DNA of 64,000 nucleotides, from positions 213,039,741 through 213,103,740 of the forward strand of contig CM041465.1 of assembly GCA_023213395.1 (NCBI GenBank). Reading direction: 5' to 3'. The stretch comes from Cycas panzhihuaensis. Taxonomy: Eukaryota; Plantae; Cycadophyta. Of the stretch, positions 53,121 through 64,000 are shown one piece after another (within the stretch, counting starts at the first letter, position 1; every line of letters begins with the position of its first letter). Position numbers and translations under genes: made by a program. Below the pieces are notes generated by a model, which saw only the letters and a list, made by a program, of their open reading frames with translations, made no database searches and was not told where the DNA came from.

Positions 53121-54715
53121 TTGGAACCATTCTAAGGAACTAGAGTCAACTAACCAAGACTCAATATTTGACATCTTACCTAAGGTAGACAAATAAACAT
53201 CACTATAAAATTTATCAAAGGCCTTTATTTTCATGGAAGAAGTAACTTCAAGTGACTTCACCTTATCAACCTTGGGTCTATATTAGCTTTTGATATAGCT
53301 AGTTTTCCTACATCTTTAGCATATCACTAAATTTCTCTTTGGAGATTTAAATTTCCCTCTAGACTTTAACTATCTATCGCCTTATTGGTCATGATCTAAT
53401 ATACAACCTCCCGTCACTAATGCCTCTTTCATATAATCTTCAAAAGATTATTGTTTTGTCTCTTCTGATAGCAAAGTGATAATTAGGGTGGTATTAGTAC
53501 TACTACTTATCACCATTATAAGGTTGTCCTAGGAATTAAGAAGTGAATAAAATAGGGTAATGCACTTGTATTCTTTAGATATTGTTACTCTAACTAAAAT
53601 AGGTTGGCTCACCATGGTGTTAAAAGTAATAAAATGATTTGCAACAACTACTCCATAACTCATCCTAAGGGAATACAACTTTTTCTAAATAAACAACTTA
53701 TTAACTAGGGGCTTTGTCTGCTATAAAGACTTGAACTTGATTTATAGATCCTTAGTTGTAGATTTTAAGGAAATATTTAATAACACTATGTGTAAAAGAC
53801 ATAACCTTATTAAACTAATTACCTTCTTATTAAGCTTTTGTTAGTCTTCATCAACTATAACTACAAGTTTTGTATGTGCTATTATGATCCAATAATACTT
53901 CTTAACAAGGATATATTCCATATTTGGCTTCTACATCTTAAATTTTTAGCCATTAAATTTTTCAATCTCCATCCTTATAGTGTTTGCTATAATTTTCACA
54001 TACAAGTTTACCTAATAAAGCTCATACTTAATAAAAGGTTTCTCATAAGAATAAAATCCTATCTTTGATACCAAATAAAGATAAATAAAATAGAGGAATA
54101 ATATAATAATAAAAATTAAATAATACAAAAATTAAATAAATAGATATTTCAAGCACATCAATAACAACAATTAGATATGTAGGTAAGTATAGAATATTTT
54201 ATGACTGAATATCTTTGGTTGGAGACTGATATGCGCTGCGATTTTTGGAAGCTTCAGAGGCGACTGTGGCGGCTAGGGTTTATCAGAACCGTGACCGTAG
54301 GGGGGGGGCTGTCCCCCCAGATGAGCTTGTGCGATGGAGTGAGCAGGTTTTCTGCTCTGGCATCTGTGAACTTAGGCGTATCCTCCTGAATGAGGGTTTG
54401 GTAAGGCGTTCGGAGCAGGCTTCGAAGGGGTTAGCGTGGTGGTCATCTGTCGATGCGGAGGGATAGCGGTTAAAGGGAAGGTGCCTCGGGACCTTAGATG
54501 CGATCTTTGTTGCGTTAGGACTGGCGTGGAAGGCTTCCTCTCAAGGTTTAGACGAGTTCTTCAAGGGTTACAGCGCTATAGGAGATACAAAGGATGATTC
54601 GGAAGGCGGCCGAAGCATGTAAGAAGGGTATGGCTATGTGCAGACTCGCGGTCAGTGCTGAGTCTTAGTTGCGCTTTATTTCAGTTTGTGTAAGCTTTTT
54701 GTTTTTGTAACCAAT

Positions 54716-56155
54716 ATGATCTTTGTCGGACTGTAACCAAACTCGGTTCTCTCCCTGGGAGATCTTATCTAGATGTTGTAAGAACTGGAAACTCTGAAGA
54801 ACAAGACATTATCCCGGTCAAAGTTGGAAATAGATATAAACTCACCATACCGAAGAAGTAATCAAAAACTATTCAAGATTGGGAGTATAGCACGGTGGGT
54901 AGGTTTTCGGGCCCCGTGCCGAACTTGGATGTTATAAGAGAGTGGATCGAAACAAATGGAAGACCGTAAACCACTGTCAAGTTATGGCACTACCAAAAGG
55001 TTGTGTCCTTTTAGATTCTTAAATCAAGAGGACATGATCCCTGTCCTGTTAAAGTCCCATTGGATGTTTGGAAGAAAGGCTATGTCATTGGAGAAATGGC
55101 ACCCTGACTTCGACCCGGGAATCCCTGCAGTGAAACAAGCCCCAGTGTGGGTCCAACTCCCTGGGCTCCCTTTGCATTTTTGGAACCCGGAGACGGTGAA
55201 AGGAGCGGCCAGAATGATTGGGCCTCTTCTGGCCTGGGACTCGGCCACTAGGCATAGATCCAGATTGATGAATGCCAGATTTTGCGCTCTGGCAAAGTTA
55301 GACGGTGAATTCCCAGTTGAGGTAGAGATTGAGTCGGATGGTAGATCTATCATCCAAGGTTTATTTTATGAAACGGAGGGTTTCAGATGTGCTAAGTGCA
55401 AGAGCAAGGGACATCTTCCCTTTCAATGTCCAGGGGTTCTTCAGAGTGAGGAAAACCAGGGGCACTGGAGGGCGAATGGTGAAGCAAGACCATCTGAAAG
55501 TTTGGGTAAGGAGTGTTGTGGTACCGAGGAAGTTGTGGGGACTCCGAGCGAGATGCCTGATGTTTTCGGTCCATCCAGCAGTGTGAAAAGTCAGATTCAA
55601 GCGGGTGCGACGGTAGGTGCCTCGGCCTATCCTTTGAGTCAGGGGGCGTCGGAGCCTGAGAAGGGTTCTAGTTTGGTGTTGGATGGTTGTCGGGGCCCAG
55701 GCGGTTTCGACCGGAGCAGATCCTGTGGTACATAAAGATCCTCCTGAGGAGCCTGGGCAGGGGGTTGGTGTTCCTCCGTCAACGTAGAGGAGACAACATT
55801 GGCAGGTATTGTCAAGAACATAAACTGGGATCTAGAGGATTATTTGTCTGAATCTGAGGAAGGGTGCCTGAGAGAAGCGAGTCAAGAGGTGCGTCCGATT
55901 GGCCTTGCGGCCGAAGGAGGAGCAGGTCCTAAGGGTGAAGCAGAGAAAGGGGGAGGAGGGACTCGTAAATGGGTCTCAAAAACATCAGAAGCAAGGAGGG
56001 CACCAGATTTTGGGTTGGAGAAGAAGGTGGGTAGACCCCCAAAAAAGATTACGAGAGAGAAAGAAACTCAAGCACAAATAGATATGGGCCTTCAGAGTAC
56101 ACTAAAAGAGGGGGGGGTGGCAGAAGGCCCCAACCTCAGGAGCAGGAAAGGTTGA
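54716..56155 (+). pseudogene. LINE ORF1 (DUF4283/RRM-like + CCHC knuckle), frameshifted as assembled
   Basis: RSYLDVV N-terminal motif; HWMFGRKAMSLEKWHPDF..VWVQLPGLPLHFW; knuckle CAKCKSKGHLPFQC in ORF 54956-55735; C-terminus in ORF 55799-56155. Start inferred. Confidence 0.88.
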
Positions 56156-56166
56156 TGTGTTTCTAG

Positions 56167-59100
56167 ATGAAAGTCCTATCATGGAACATTAGGGGGTTAA
56201 ACGCCCCATCCAAGCGAGGCGGTCGAGAGTTAAGGATCGTGGTAGAGCCAGATCTTATTCTTCCGCAGAAACCAAATTGGAGCAGATAAGGGAGACTGAG
56301 GTTCTCAACAAGGTGTGGAGAAGAGGTGAGAGGAAAACTAGCGCAGGTGTGGCGGGTTCAGGGGGTTTGGCCACTCTCTGGAACCCAAAAAGGTGGAGAG
56401 GTTATGAGTTGTGCAAGTCTGAGCACTTCATAACCATTGGTCTGGTCAGTCTCTTGACCAACAAGGAGTATTGGATTACAAACGTCTACGCCCCCACGTC
56501 GGTTGAGGGTAGAAGGAGATTATGGGAGGGCCTGGTGGAGATCCATAAAGATTGGGGAGGCCCGTGGTTGGTGGGAGGGGACTTCAATTCTCCCCTAAGC
56601 CCGGATGAGAAGAAAGGGGGGCTAGGTGGATGGACCAGAAGTATGAATGATTTAGGTGTGTTTTTACAAACGGGGGGCTTGATGGATGTTCCCCTTAATG
56701 GTGCCAGGTTCACTTGGTCCAATAGGAGGTTAGGTCATAACCATATTCAATGCAGGTTGGACAGGATGTTAACAAACTATGAATGGGCCTGCTCATTTTG
56801 AAGGGGTCGATTGGATGCTCACGAAATTTGGGCCGGACCATTCGCCTCTTATTTTGGAGGGGTCCATTCCAGACTCGTTCAAGGGGGCTCCTTTTCGTTT
56901 TGAGCTAATGTGGCTGAAGCATACAGATTTGAGGGAGAGGATCCAGGACTGGTGGAGCGTCCAGGTCTAAGGTTGTGCCATGTATGTGTTTTCAAGAAAC
57001 CGAATCGATCAAGCGTCAAATCAAGGTCTGGAACAGGGAGGTCTTCGGAAACATTTTTGAGAATAAGAGCAGTCTGTTAGGGGAGCTCAAAGAGATTGAG
57101 GATAGGATCCAGTTGAAGGCGGATCCACGGATGCGGGCAATAAGGAACTCTCTACATCCAGGAAACTCGAGGAGGTGTTGGAGAGGGAGGAGATTTTTTG
57201 GAAGCAATCCAGAGCGGTGGTTGAGGGAGGGATAGAAACACCAAGTTTTTTCACCTCTCGATGAGACATAGGACTCATAACAAGATAACTAAAATTGAGT
57301 AGGAGTGGGGTCGCATGAGGCCGAGGATAAGATCGGCGGTATTGCGATGGAATACTTTAAGGAGCTTTTCACGAGCCGGTGCGGGACCACGCCTCGGTGC
57401 TCTTTTACATCATATCCCGAGCGTGATTACGGATGACCTCAATAAAAAAACCTTTTACTCAGGAGGAGGTGGAGAAGGCCGTATTCAAGATGGGGAAGGA
57501 TAAGGCGCCCGGGCCGGATGGTTTCCCTCGTGATTTTTCCAAGAGTTCGGGAGATAATCAAGGAGGATTTGATCTTTGGCGTTTAATGAATTACATTCAA
57601 GGCGTATAATCTTGAAGGAGTGGCGTGCCACCTTTCCGGCCTTGATTAGAAGAAAGAGGGGGTGGAAGTCATGGAAGACTTTAGATCTATAAGCTTGTGC
57701 AATGTAAAATACAAAATATTGTCTAAAGTGCTAGCAAATCATTTGAGGAGACCTTACCAGGGTCATTTCTCCTAACCAAGATGGTTTTGTGAAAGGTAGA
57801 CAAATTACGACGGTATTATAATTGTCCACGAAACCCCGCATTCAACGCTTCATCGTAAGGAGGCGGGGATGATAATTAAAATGTACATGTCAAAAGCTTA
57901 TGATAGAGTGGCGTGGGATTGCCTGCTAGATTGTCTCGAGGCGTTTGGATTCGGGGAGGTTTGGAGAATGGATGAAATCTTTGTGTCTCTAGCGTTTCTT
58001 TCTCGGTGCTGATTAATGGCAGGTCAACCCCTTTCTTTTGTGGATCTAGGGGTTTGAGGCAAGGGGATCCCCTCTCCCCTTTCCTTTTCATTATCATGGC
58101 TGAAATGTTAGGCAGGGCTACTCTAGAGGTTCAGCGGCTGGGAAGGCTAAATGGTTTGAGAGCCACTTCCAATGTGGAAAATATTGTGCTACATCAGTTC
58201 ATTGATGACAACATTTTTTTGTGCAGGGCCTCATTGGAGGAGGCTAGGGCCTTAAAATCGGGTCTTGTGCTTATGAAAAGGCTACAAATCGAAAATCAAC
58301 CGGACAAAAGTTCACTTTCTTTATTAATACCTTGAGGCGCAGAGAAGAATAAGTAGGATTCTGGCGATGGCAAGGGGTGCCCTTCCTGGCTCTTACCTCG
58401 GTATGCCTTTATTTGTGTGCAAGATGAGGCAGTCTCTGTGGGACCCCGTAGTGAGTAGATTCAACAAGAAGCTTGTGGGGTGGAAAGGGGCTCTTCTTAG
58501 TTGGGCGGGGAAAATTCAACTTGTAGGGGCTTCCCTGCAGAGCATCCCAGTTTATTAGATGACAGTCTTCAAGATGCCAAGTAAGGTTATTTCTACTTTG
58601 GAGGGGATCATGAAGAGATTTCTTTGGTCAGGGTCCGAAGAGAAAAGGAGATTCCACCTAGTGTCTTGGGAGAAGGTTTGTAAACCCAAGTGGGCTGGGT
58701 CTCGTGTCAGGAAGATTGGGCTTTTTTAATGAAGCCCTTTTGGCTAAGATGGGGTGGAGGCTCACCAAAGAAGCTGATGCGGTTTGGGGGAGAATTCTGG
58801 CTAGGAAATATATGCTGGACAATCACTTTTCTTTGGAGGAGGGGCCTTTGTTTGGAGGGCTCCTCGATATGGAAGGCCATCAGGGCTGCTAGGTCTATCC
58901 TGCACGAAGGTATGAGATGGAAGTTGGGGGATGGAGAAATCATAAAGTTCTGGGAAGACAGATGGTGCGGGCAATTCAAACTAGAGGAGTTACCTAACAT
59001 TAGAGCCTTGCAGAGGGAATGTGAAACCCGCTATGGAACGATGGTAAGAGATTACTGGGTAGGGCAAGGCAAGGATAGGAGATGGAGATCTTTTGAGGAC

Positions 59101-60305
59101 CTGGTAGGTTTTGAGGATGGGACTCAAAGAGTTAGGGAGATATTAAGGAGCCAGATATTCAAGAGGTCCGGGCTCGACACTGTTGGTTTGGCTTTGCCTC
59201 GGTGGGCTCTTATTCGGTGAAAGAGGGTTATAATCTAAGGTTGAGTAGGGAAGGATGGGTCAAGAATGATATATTAGCCGGGGTTTGGAAGTTGGGAATT
59301 CTCCCAAAAATAGCTGCTTTTTGGTGGTTGTGCCTCCAAAACAAACTACTTACTTTGGATAACTTATCAAAAAGGGGATTCCAGCTGGCTAGCAGGTGTG
59401 TGCTTTGTAAGAGGGACGTAGAAACCCTGGATCACCTTTGCATTCACTGCCCCTTCTCGGTGGGCATATGGAGTAATTTCTGGTCGGGGATGGGGATGGC
59501 CTGGGTCTCATCAAAATCCCTTTTAGACCAATGGAAAGCCTGGACTTCTCCTTTTAAAAGTAAAACCCTTAAAAGAATCTGGAGGATGATCTTACCGGTT
59601 GGTTCTTGGTACATTTGGAAAGAACGGAATAGGAGGATCTTTGAGGGAAGAGAGAAGGATGGCTGGTCCCTGTTAGTGGAGATCAGAAAAGGGCATTTTA
59701 GAAATGTTAGAGGTGCCTAAAGGGGACAGGACTCCAGTGGGGGAAGAAGGCATCATGAAAGATTGGGGTATTGTCCCCCAGAGGGGGGTCAGGGAGAGGT
59801 ACAGGGATGTGAAATGGCAGCCTCCAGATATGCAGTGGGAAAAGGTGAACTTTGATGGAGCGGCCAAAGGAAACCCTGGAGAGGCGGGCGGAGGAGGTCT
59901 GCTTAGGGACCACGACGGTAATTTGAGATGGGCCTTGCAGTATATGGGAATCCATACGAACCCGGAAGGTGAGGTGCGAGGCGATCTTTGGCGATTATCC
60001 TGTTAGATGAGGAGGGTACCCAGAAGGTGATCATAGAGGGGGATTCTATGTATGTCATAAAATGTTTGAAAGGGGAAGCGGTTCCGGGATGCGACAACGT
60101 AGATATTTTCAGGGATGCCCAGGACATGTTGAGATCCAAAGCCGGTGTTCAGGTTCAACACACGTTTAGGGAAGGGAATATGGCAGCCGATTGGTTGGCT
60201 AACTGGGCTGTGGCAAATAAGAGCACGAGGGTTTGGAAAAGGGATTACCCAGAGGAGTTACTGAGACTGGTCAGCGCTGAAGCACATATTGGTGAGGTTA
60301 ACTGA
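56167..60305 (+). pseudogene. LINE ORF2 (APE endonuclease, RT, zf-RVT, RNase H), frameshifted as assembled
   Basis: MKVLSWNIRGLN; TNVYAP; GGDFN; RLDRML; DHSPL; KAPGPDGF; GLRQGDPLSPFLF; QFIDD; CVLC..ETLDHLCIHC; KVNFDGAAKGNPG; IEGDS; REGNMAADWLA. Confidence 0.95.
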
Positions 60306-60705
60306 GGAGGTCGGGAGATAGTTATTGGGCTAGACCATGGGCCTGTCATGGTCAGATCTGCTAAGCCATTTGGCTTGATGTATTGGTTTTGGGGACCTAG
60401 ATAAAACCCCTATAATATCATTTTTTACCATATCAAAAAAAAAAAAAAAAAGTATAGAATATTTTATTAATCAGATAAATAGCTAAAGAATTACAGTGTA
60501 AAATCTTCAACTCTTACATCCTCATTCTCATCTAATCTTTTTATATATGCCACTATAGAAGTATATAGAGATATAATTTTATGTAAAACTATCTAACAAT
60601 ATTACAATATAGTGAGCATAAAACCATGGGTTGAGAAAGGCCCCATAAGATACCCTATTTTTTTCTAAAGAGGTTAGAATACTTCTTAGTTTTATCATTA
60701 AGGAT

Positions 60706-63700
60706 TGTAGGAAAATAATCGATAGAGAACATAACAGAATATAAACAAATAATCATAGATTAATACATCATTATTGCATAAACATAAGATCATTTGTATT
60801 TAATCCATTATTGTAGAAGAGAGCATTATAAATGTCCAAAAGTAGGCAGTATCTAAAGACACCAGGGTTGCACACCCCTCAAAATATATAGTTTGGAGGA
60901 GGAGGGAAACTCCTCAACCCCTAAAATTTAAACAATAATAAAATAATGACTTAACTCAAATTGACTTAAATTAAATCAACCTTACCTTATACTTACCTAC
61001 ATATGTGAACACCCATATGTGTAAATTGATGTGAGTGAGGTATGCACTCCTGGTTGGAAGGTGGAAGTGGGATGATGAGCTTTAACCCCAACATTCTTCC
61101 ACTTAATGGTCATCATGAATAATGTCTTCTCTTTAAACTTGTAGAATTTATATTTGAAAACTTTAAAAATTTATCTCTTAACTTGATCTTTATTAACTTC
61201 CCTTATCCTTATAGCAATATGTGTGTCTTCACCATTGAATGGTGCAAAAAAATTATAAGTAAATAAAGCTTGATTCAAATAGGGATGTGTGGCTACAACT
61301 TTGACTTTTGAAACTTTAACTTTATTTTCTGAAACCTTTGTATTAATAACAACTATCATATCATTATATCTCTCCCCTTCAAATGAAGGATCTGGTTCTT
61401 GTGCAATAAGATGATCATGCATTTTACTTGAATCTTCCTTAGTCTTATCTTTACAATCCACCTATTCTGGCACCTGTCTCACATGCTCAACATCAATGTT
61501 AAATGCATTGAGGGTATCTCCCCCATAAGTGGAAATTAAGACATCTCATACAGATTTAGAAGTTGTTAATTCAAAAACTTTAGAAAAGACATCATCATTT
61601 ATAGTACAAAATAGTAAAGTTAATGCTTCATTATCTCTTTTTATATTTTCCTTAACACTAACATCATAGTCATGTTGTAAGTAGTTCTAAAGATCATGTG
61701 TAATGAAATAATGTTGCATTGTTTGATGCCATAGTGAAAAATTATGGCCATCAAATATAGGAAATTATACTTGATCAAGATTGATTACCATTTTACTGAA
61801 TATTTTAGTACATAAAAAGGAATATACTTTTACTAATTCAAAAAACTCAATAAATGACAAACTTATAAGATATAATTTTAGATAAACTTTAAAATATGAT
61901 GAATATATAAGTAAATTTGAATATAACTAAGATTCTTTTAATTATGCAAATCTGAATTAAAACTTTGATGATGAAAAATAAAGAAGTCTTAATCTTTTAT
62001 TTTTTTCAAATGAAGAGGTATCTTAAATGCTTAAGTTTAGTAGCTTCAAAGATATACTAAATAATGTCAGAATAATGTGAAATTATACCAGTATGAAGAT
62101 GAACAAAAGAACTATTCAATGGAATAGACCATTTTGAAAATGGGTTCCTATAAGTCAAGATTTAAGAAACTAAAGATATAGTCCTCTTTTTTAGGCCTAA
62201 CGAGAGCCTAGAGCTAAAAATATTATAAAAATACTAATAAAAACTTGTAAAATACTATAGAATGATCAATTATAGTTTATAAGGCTGCTTAATATACTTT
62301 TCAATTGAAAACTTTAAGAAATAATATATAAAAAATGTATAATAATGGAAGATTAGAGGCTATTAAGTACCTCTAATTTGATGGCCTTAAAAATTACAAA
62401 AAACACTTTAAAACTTATAAATAATAGTGTCAGTTTGAAGAAGAGTGAGTTAGCTTCCTAGAAAAACTAACAGATCTGAATTCTGATGTAAAACAGAAAA
62501 GTTATAATGAAAATGGCAACAAGCACTTTTATGGTAAAATGTTTAAATAGTGCTAAAGTGTCAAGTTCAGTGATTCAAATAATAATTAAAATAAATCCTA
62601 AAAAATAGAATAAATAGATGGTAATAAAGTTTGTTGATAATAGATGACTACAGAATAGATTTAGGTGGAAAATAGTCTTCTGGTGATAAGATATAATCTG
62701 ACAAAAAAGTGATTTTATGAAAATAGTTTAAAATAGCTTTAAAAAATAATGATCGACTTTAAACTTACTAAAAATGGGTTAAATCGGCTCCAAATAGGTC
62801 ATATGACCAATCAAAATCATACCTCAGAAAATTCTAGATTCAATGGAATAGGTTTCGTTAGAAAATAATGATCTTGTTAAAAGTTATGGCAAAATTTGCC
62901 AGGTACCCTATGTGAACTGAAAAAATTTTTAAAAATAAAAGAAAAATATAATAAAGATTATGTTAGCCCCTTTAACAAAAATGACTAACGGTCATGTGTG
63001 ATAAAATAAGACTAAGGGCTAAGCTTAAAGGGGCTTTAGGCCTTTTAAAAATAGAATTGAAATAATATTAAATTTGTATTTATTAAATCAACAACTTTAT
63101 AAAAGATTAAATAAAAAATAATGTAGAGAGACGCGGTTGAACCTGTGTGGCAGCCCGCGTAGCAAAACAGAGGCTAAAATCACCAAAAAAAGTGATCAAA
63201 TTGATCGATCTAAAGGCAAAAATTAGACGCTAAGATCCTACTGATGGATCAAGGGAAAATTTCAAAGAAATTTAAATTTTTTTATCAAAAAAGAACAGTG
63301 AAAAGAATGATAGTAGATGGCAGACTGAGAAAATAGTGATATACAAAGGCTAAATTTTATTGATCAGTCTCAAATCTGAGATGACATAAACTTATGGAGA
63401 GGTGCCCAAGTAAGAAGATTTAGATTTCATAAAAAATTTCAAAAACAATGAGAAAAATGATGAAAAAACTTGGTAAACTATGGTTTTAATCATGTTAGAG
63501 GTTGGATCTCACTGTACAGGCCATAGAATGAGACAAAATTTGACAGGTAGCAAGGTGTCTTGAATGGCCAGGTGCTTGTAAAATTTCACAGTGATCCATT
63601 ACCTATGCATTGAGAACTAACCTATAGACTAAATGGAGGCCAAACTAGAGTAGTAGTCAATCCAAATGAAATATCTTATTGTCTGGTCAACAAAATTTTA

Positions 63701-64000
63701 AACTGTTTCTTCCAATGGCTTGCTAACTCAGTAAGGATCACAACAAGTGGTTACTTTCTAGGGTTTTAAGTGCCAGATCTATTGCATAAGCTCACCAAAC
63801 CAAGGGTATCAAGTCGCCGAAAAATAGAAAACGTGAAAAATAAAAATAATATGAAAATTTTTAACCAAATAAACTTTATAAAGTTTAAAATTTAATATAA
63901 ATAATCAAACCAGTAGTGTTGTAGATGCACTGTAGCTACCCAAAATCTAAAGAAAATAGTGAAATAGACAATAAAATCTATAGTATAACTTCTCCAAGAG
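60706..64000 (-). mobile_element. Second non-autonomous Copia-derived gag-fusion element (3' LTR, PPT, short ORF, long leader); 5' LTR beyond the window
   Basis: Putative 3' LTR 60706-61093 (TGTAG...CCCCAACA); decayed PPT AAGTGGAAGAA adjoining 61093; Gag N-terminal relic directly upstream. Confidence 0.75.
61094..61791 (-). pseudogene. gag: Copia Gag N-terminus fused to a charged linker and RNase H-tip-like sequence
   Basis: From ATG 61791: MVINLDQV*FPIFDGHNFSLWHQTMQHYFITHDL*...ENIKRDNEALTLL...TSKSV*DVL, in frame with track ORF 61171-61461 and continuing to the PPT. Confidence 0.78.

Larger units (their letters stand above)
54203..60449 (+). mobile_element. Full-length plant L1-clade LINE with C-terminal RNase H
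   Basis: Perfect 18-bp TSD AAGTATAGAATATTTTAT (54185-54202/60450-60467); polyA from 60435; GC-rich relative to flanks; ORF1 and ORF2 domains. Confidence 0.97.
53130..60598 (-). mobile_element. 5' part of a Copia element (5' LTR, PBS, gag, start of protease); LTR interrupted by the LINE
   Basis: PBS TGGTATCAAAG 54073-54063; gag start MEIEKFNG (~53972 leftwards); ESWLVDSS protease relic in ORF 53073-53261. Outer LTR end uncertain (CTAACA at 60598). Confidence 0.7.

Noticed and set aside
55024-60139. Several minus-strand ORFs within the LINE, and plus-strand ORFs within the CRM element
   Set aside because: Antisense shadows of coding sequence with no independent motifs.

Overview
Gene-free, AT-rich block of nested plant retroelements. 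It probably comes from a large-genome vascular plant; the element types look gymnosperm-like, but that is inference. I found no host gene, rRNA, tRNA or CRISPR array. From left to right: (1) a non-autonomous Copia-derived element (<1-4146, -) with one gag-fusion reading frame and a 1.25-kb (TA)n tract; (2) a decayed Reina-like chromovirus (~6686-14480, -) interrupted by an RT-less Copia derivative (8795-12540, TSD ATAAA); (3) an endogenous caulimovirid RT-RNase H relic (~15450-17274, +); (4) a second, inverted copy of the RT-less family (~18207-22298); (5) a non-coding LTR element (22836-27187, TSD TTGGT) carrying solo LTRs; (6) a full-length decayed Copia (27780-40941, TSD AACAT) split in its integrase by a younger CRM-type Gypsy (31187-38352, TSD ATACC); (7) an old CRM-like integrase region interrupted by a non-coding LTR element (47888-50799, TSD GGTCT) and a solo LTR; (8) a young full-length RNase H-containing L1 LINE (54203-60449, 18-bp TSD, polyA) inside a Copia 5' LTR; (9) a second gag-fusion non-autonomous element (60706->64000, -). 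The most unusual observations are tandem primer-binding-site units in three unrelated non-autonomous LTR elements, a conserved hairpin enclosing a second PPT-like tract in three Copia copies, two independent in-frame Gag-N/acidic-linker/RNase H-tip fusion ORFs, and the pararetrovirus relic. All coordinates and translations outside the ORF track were read by eye.
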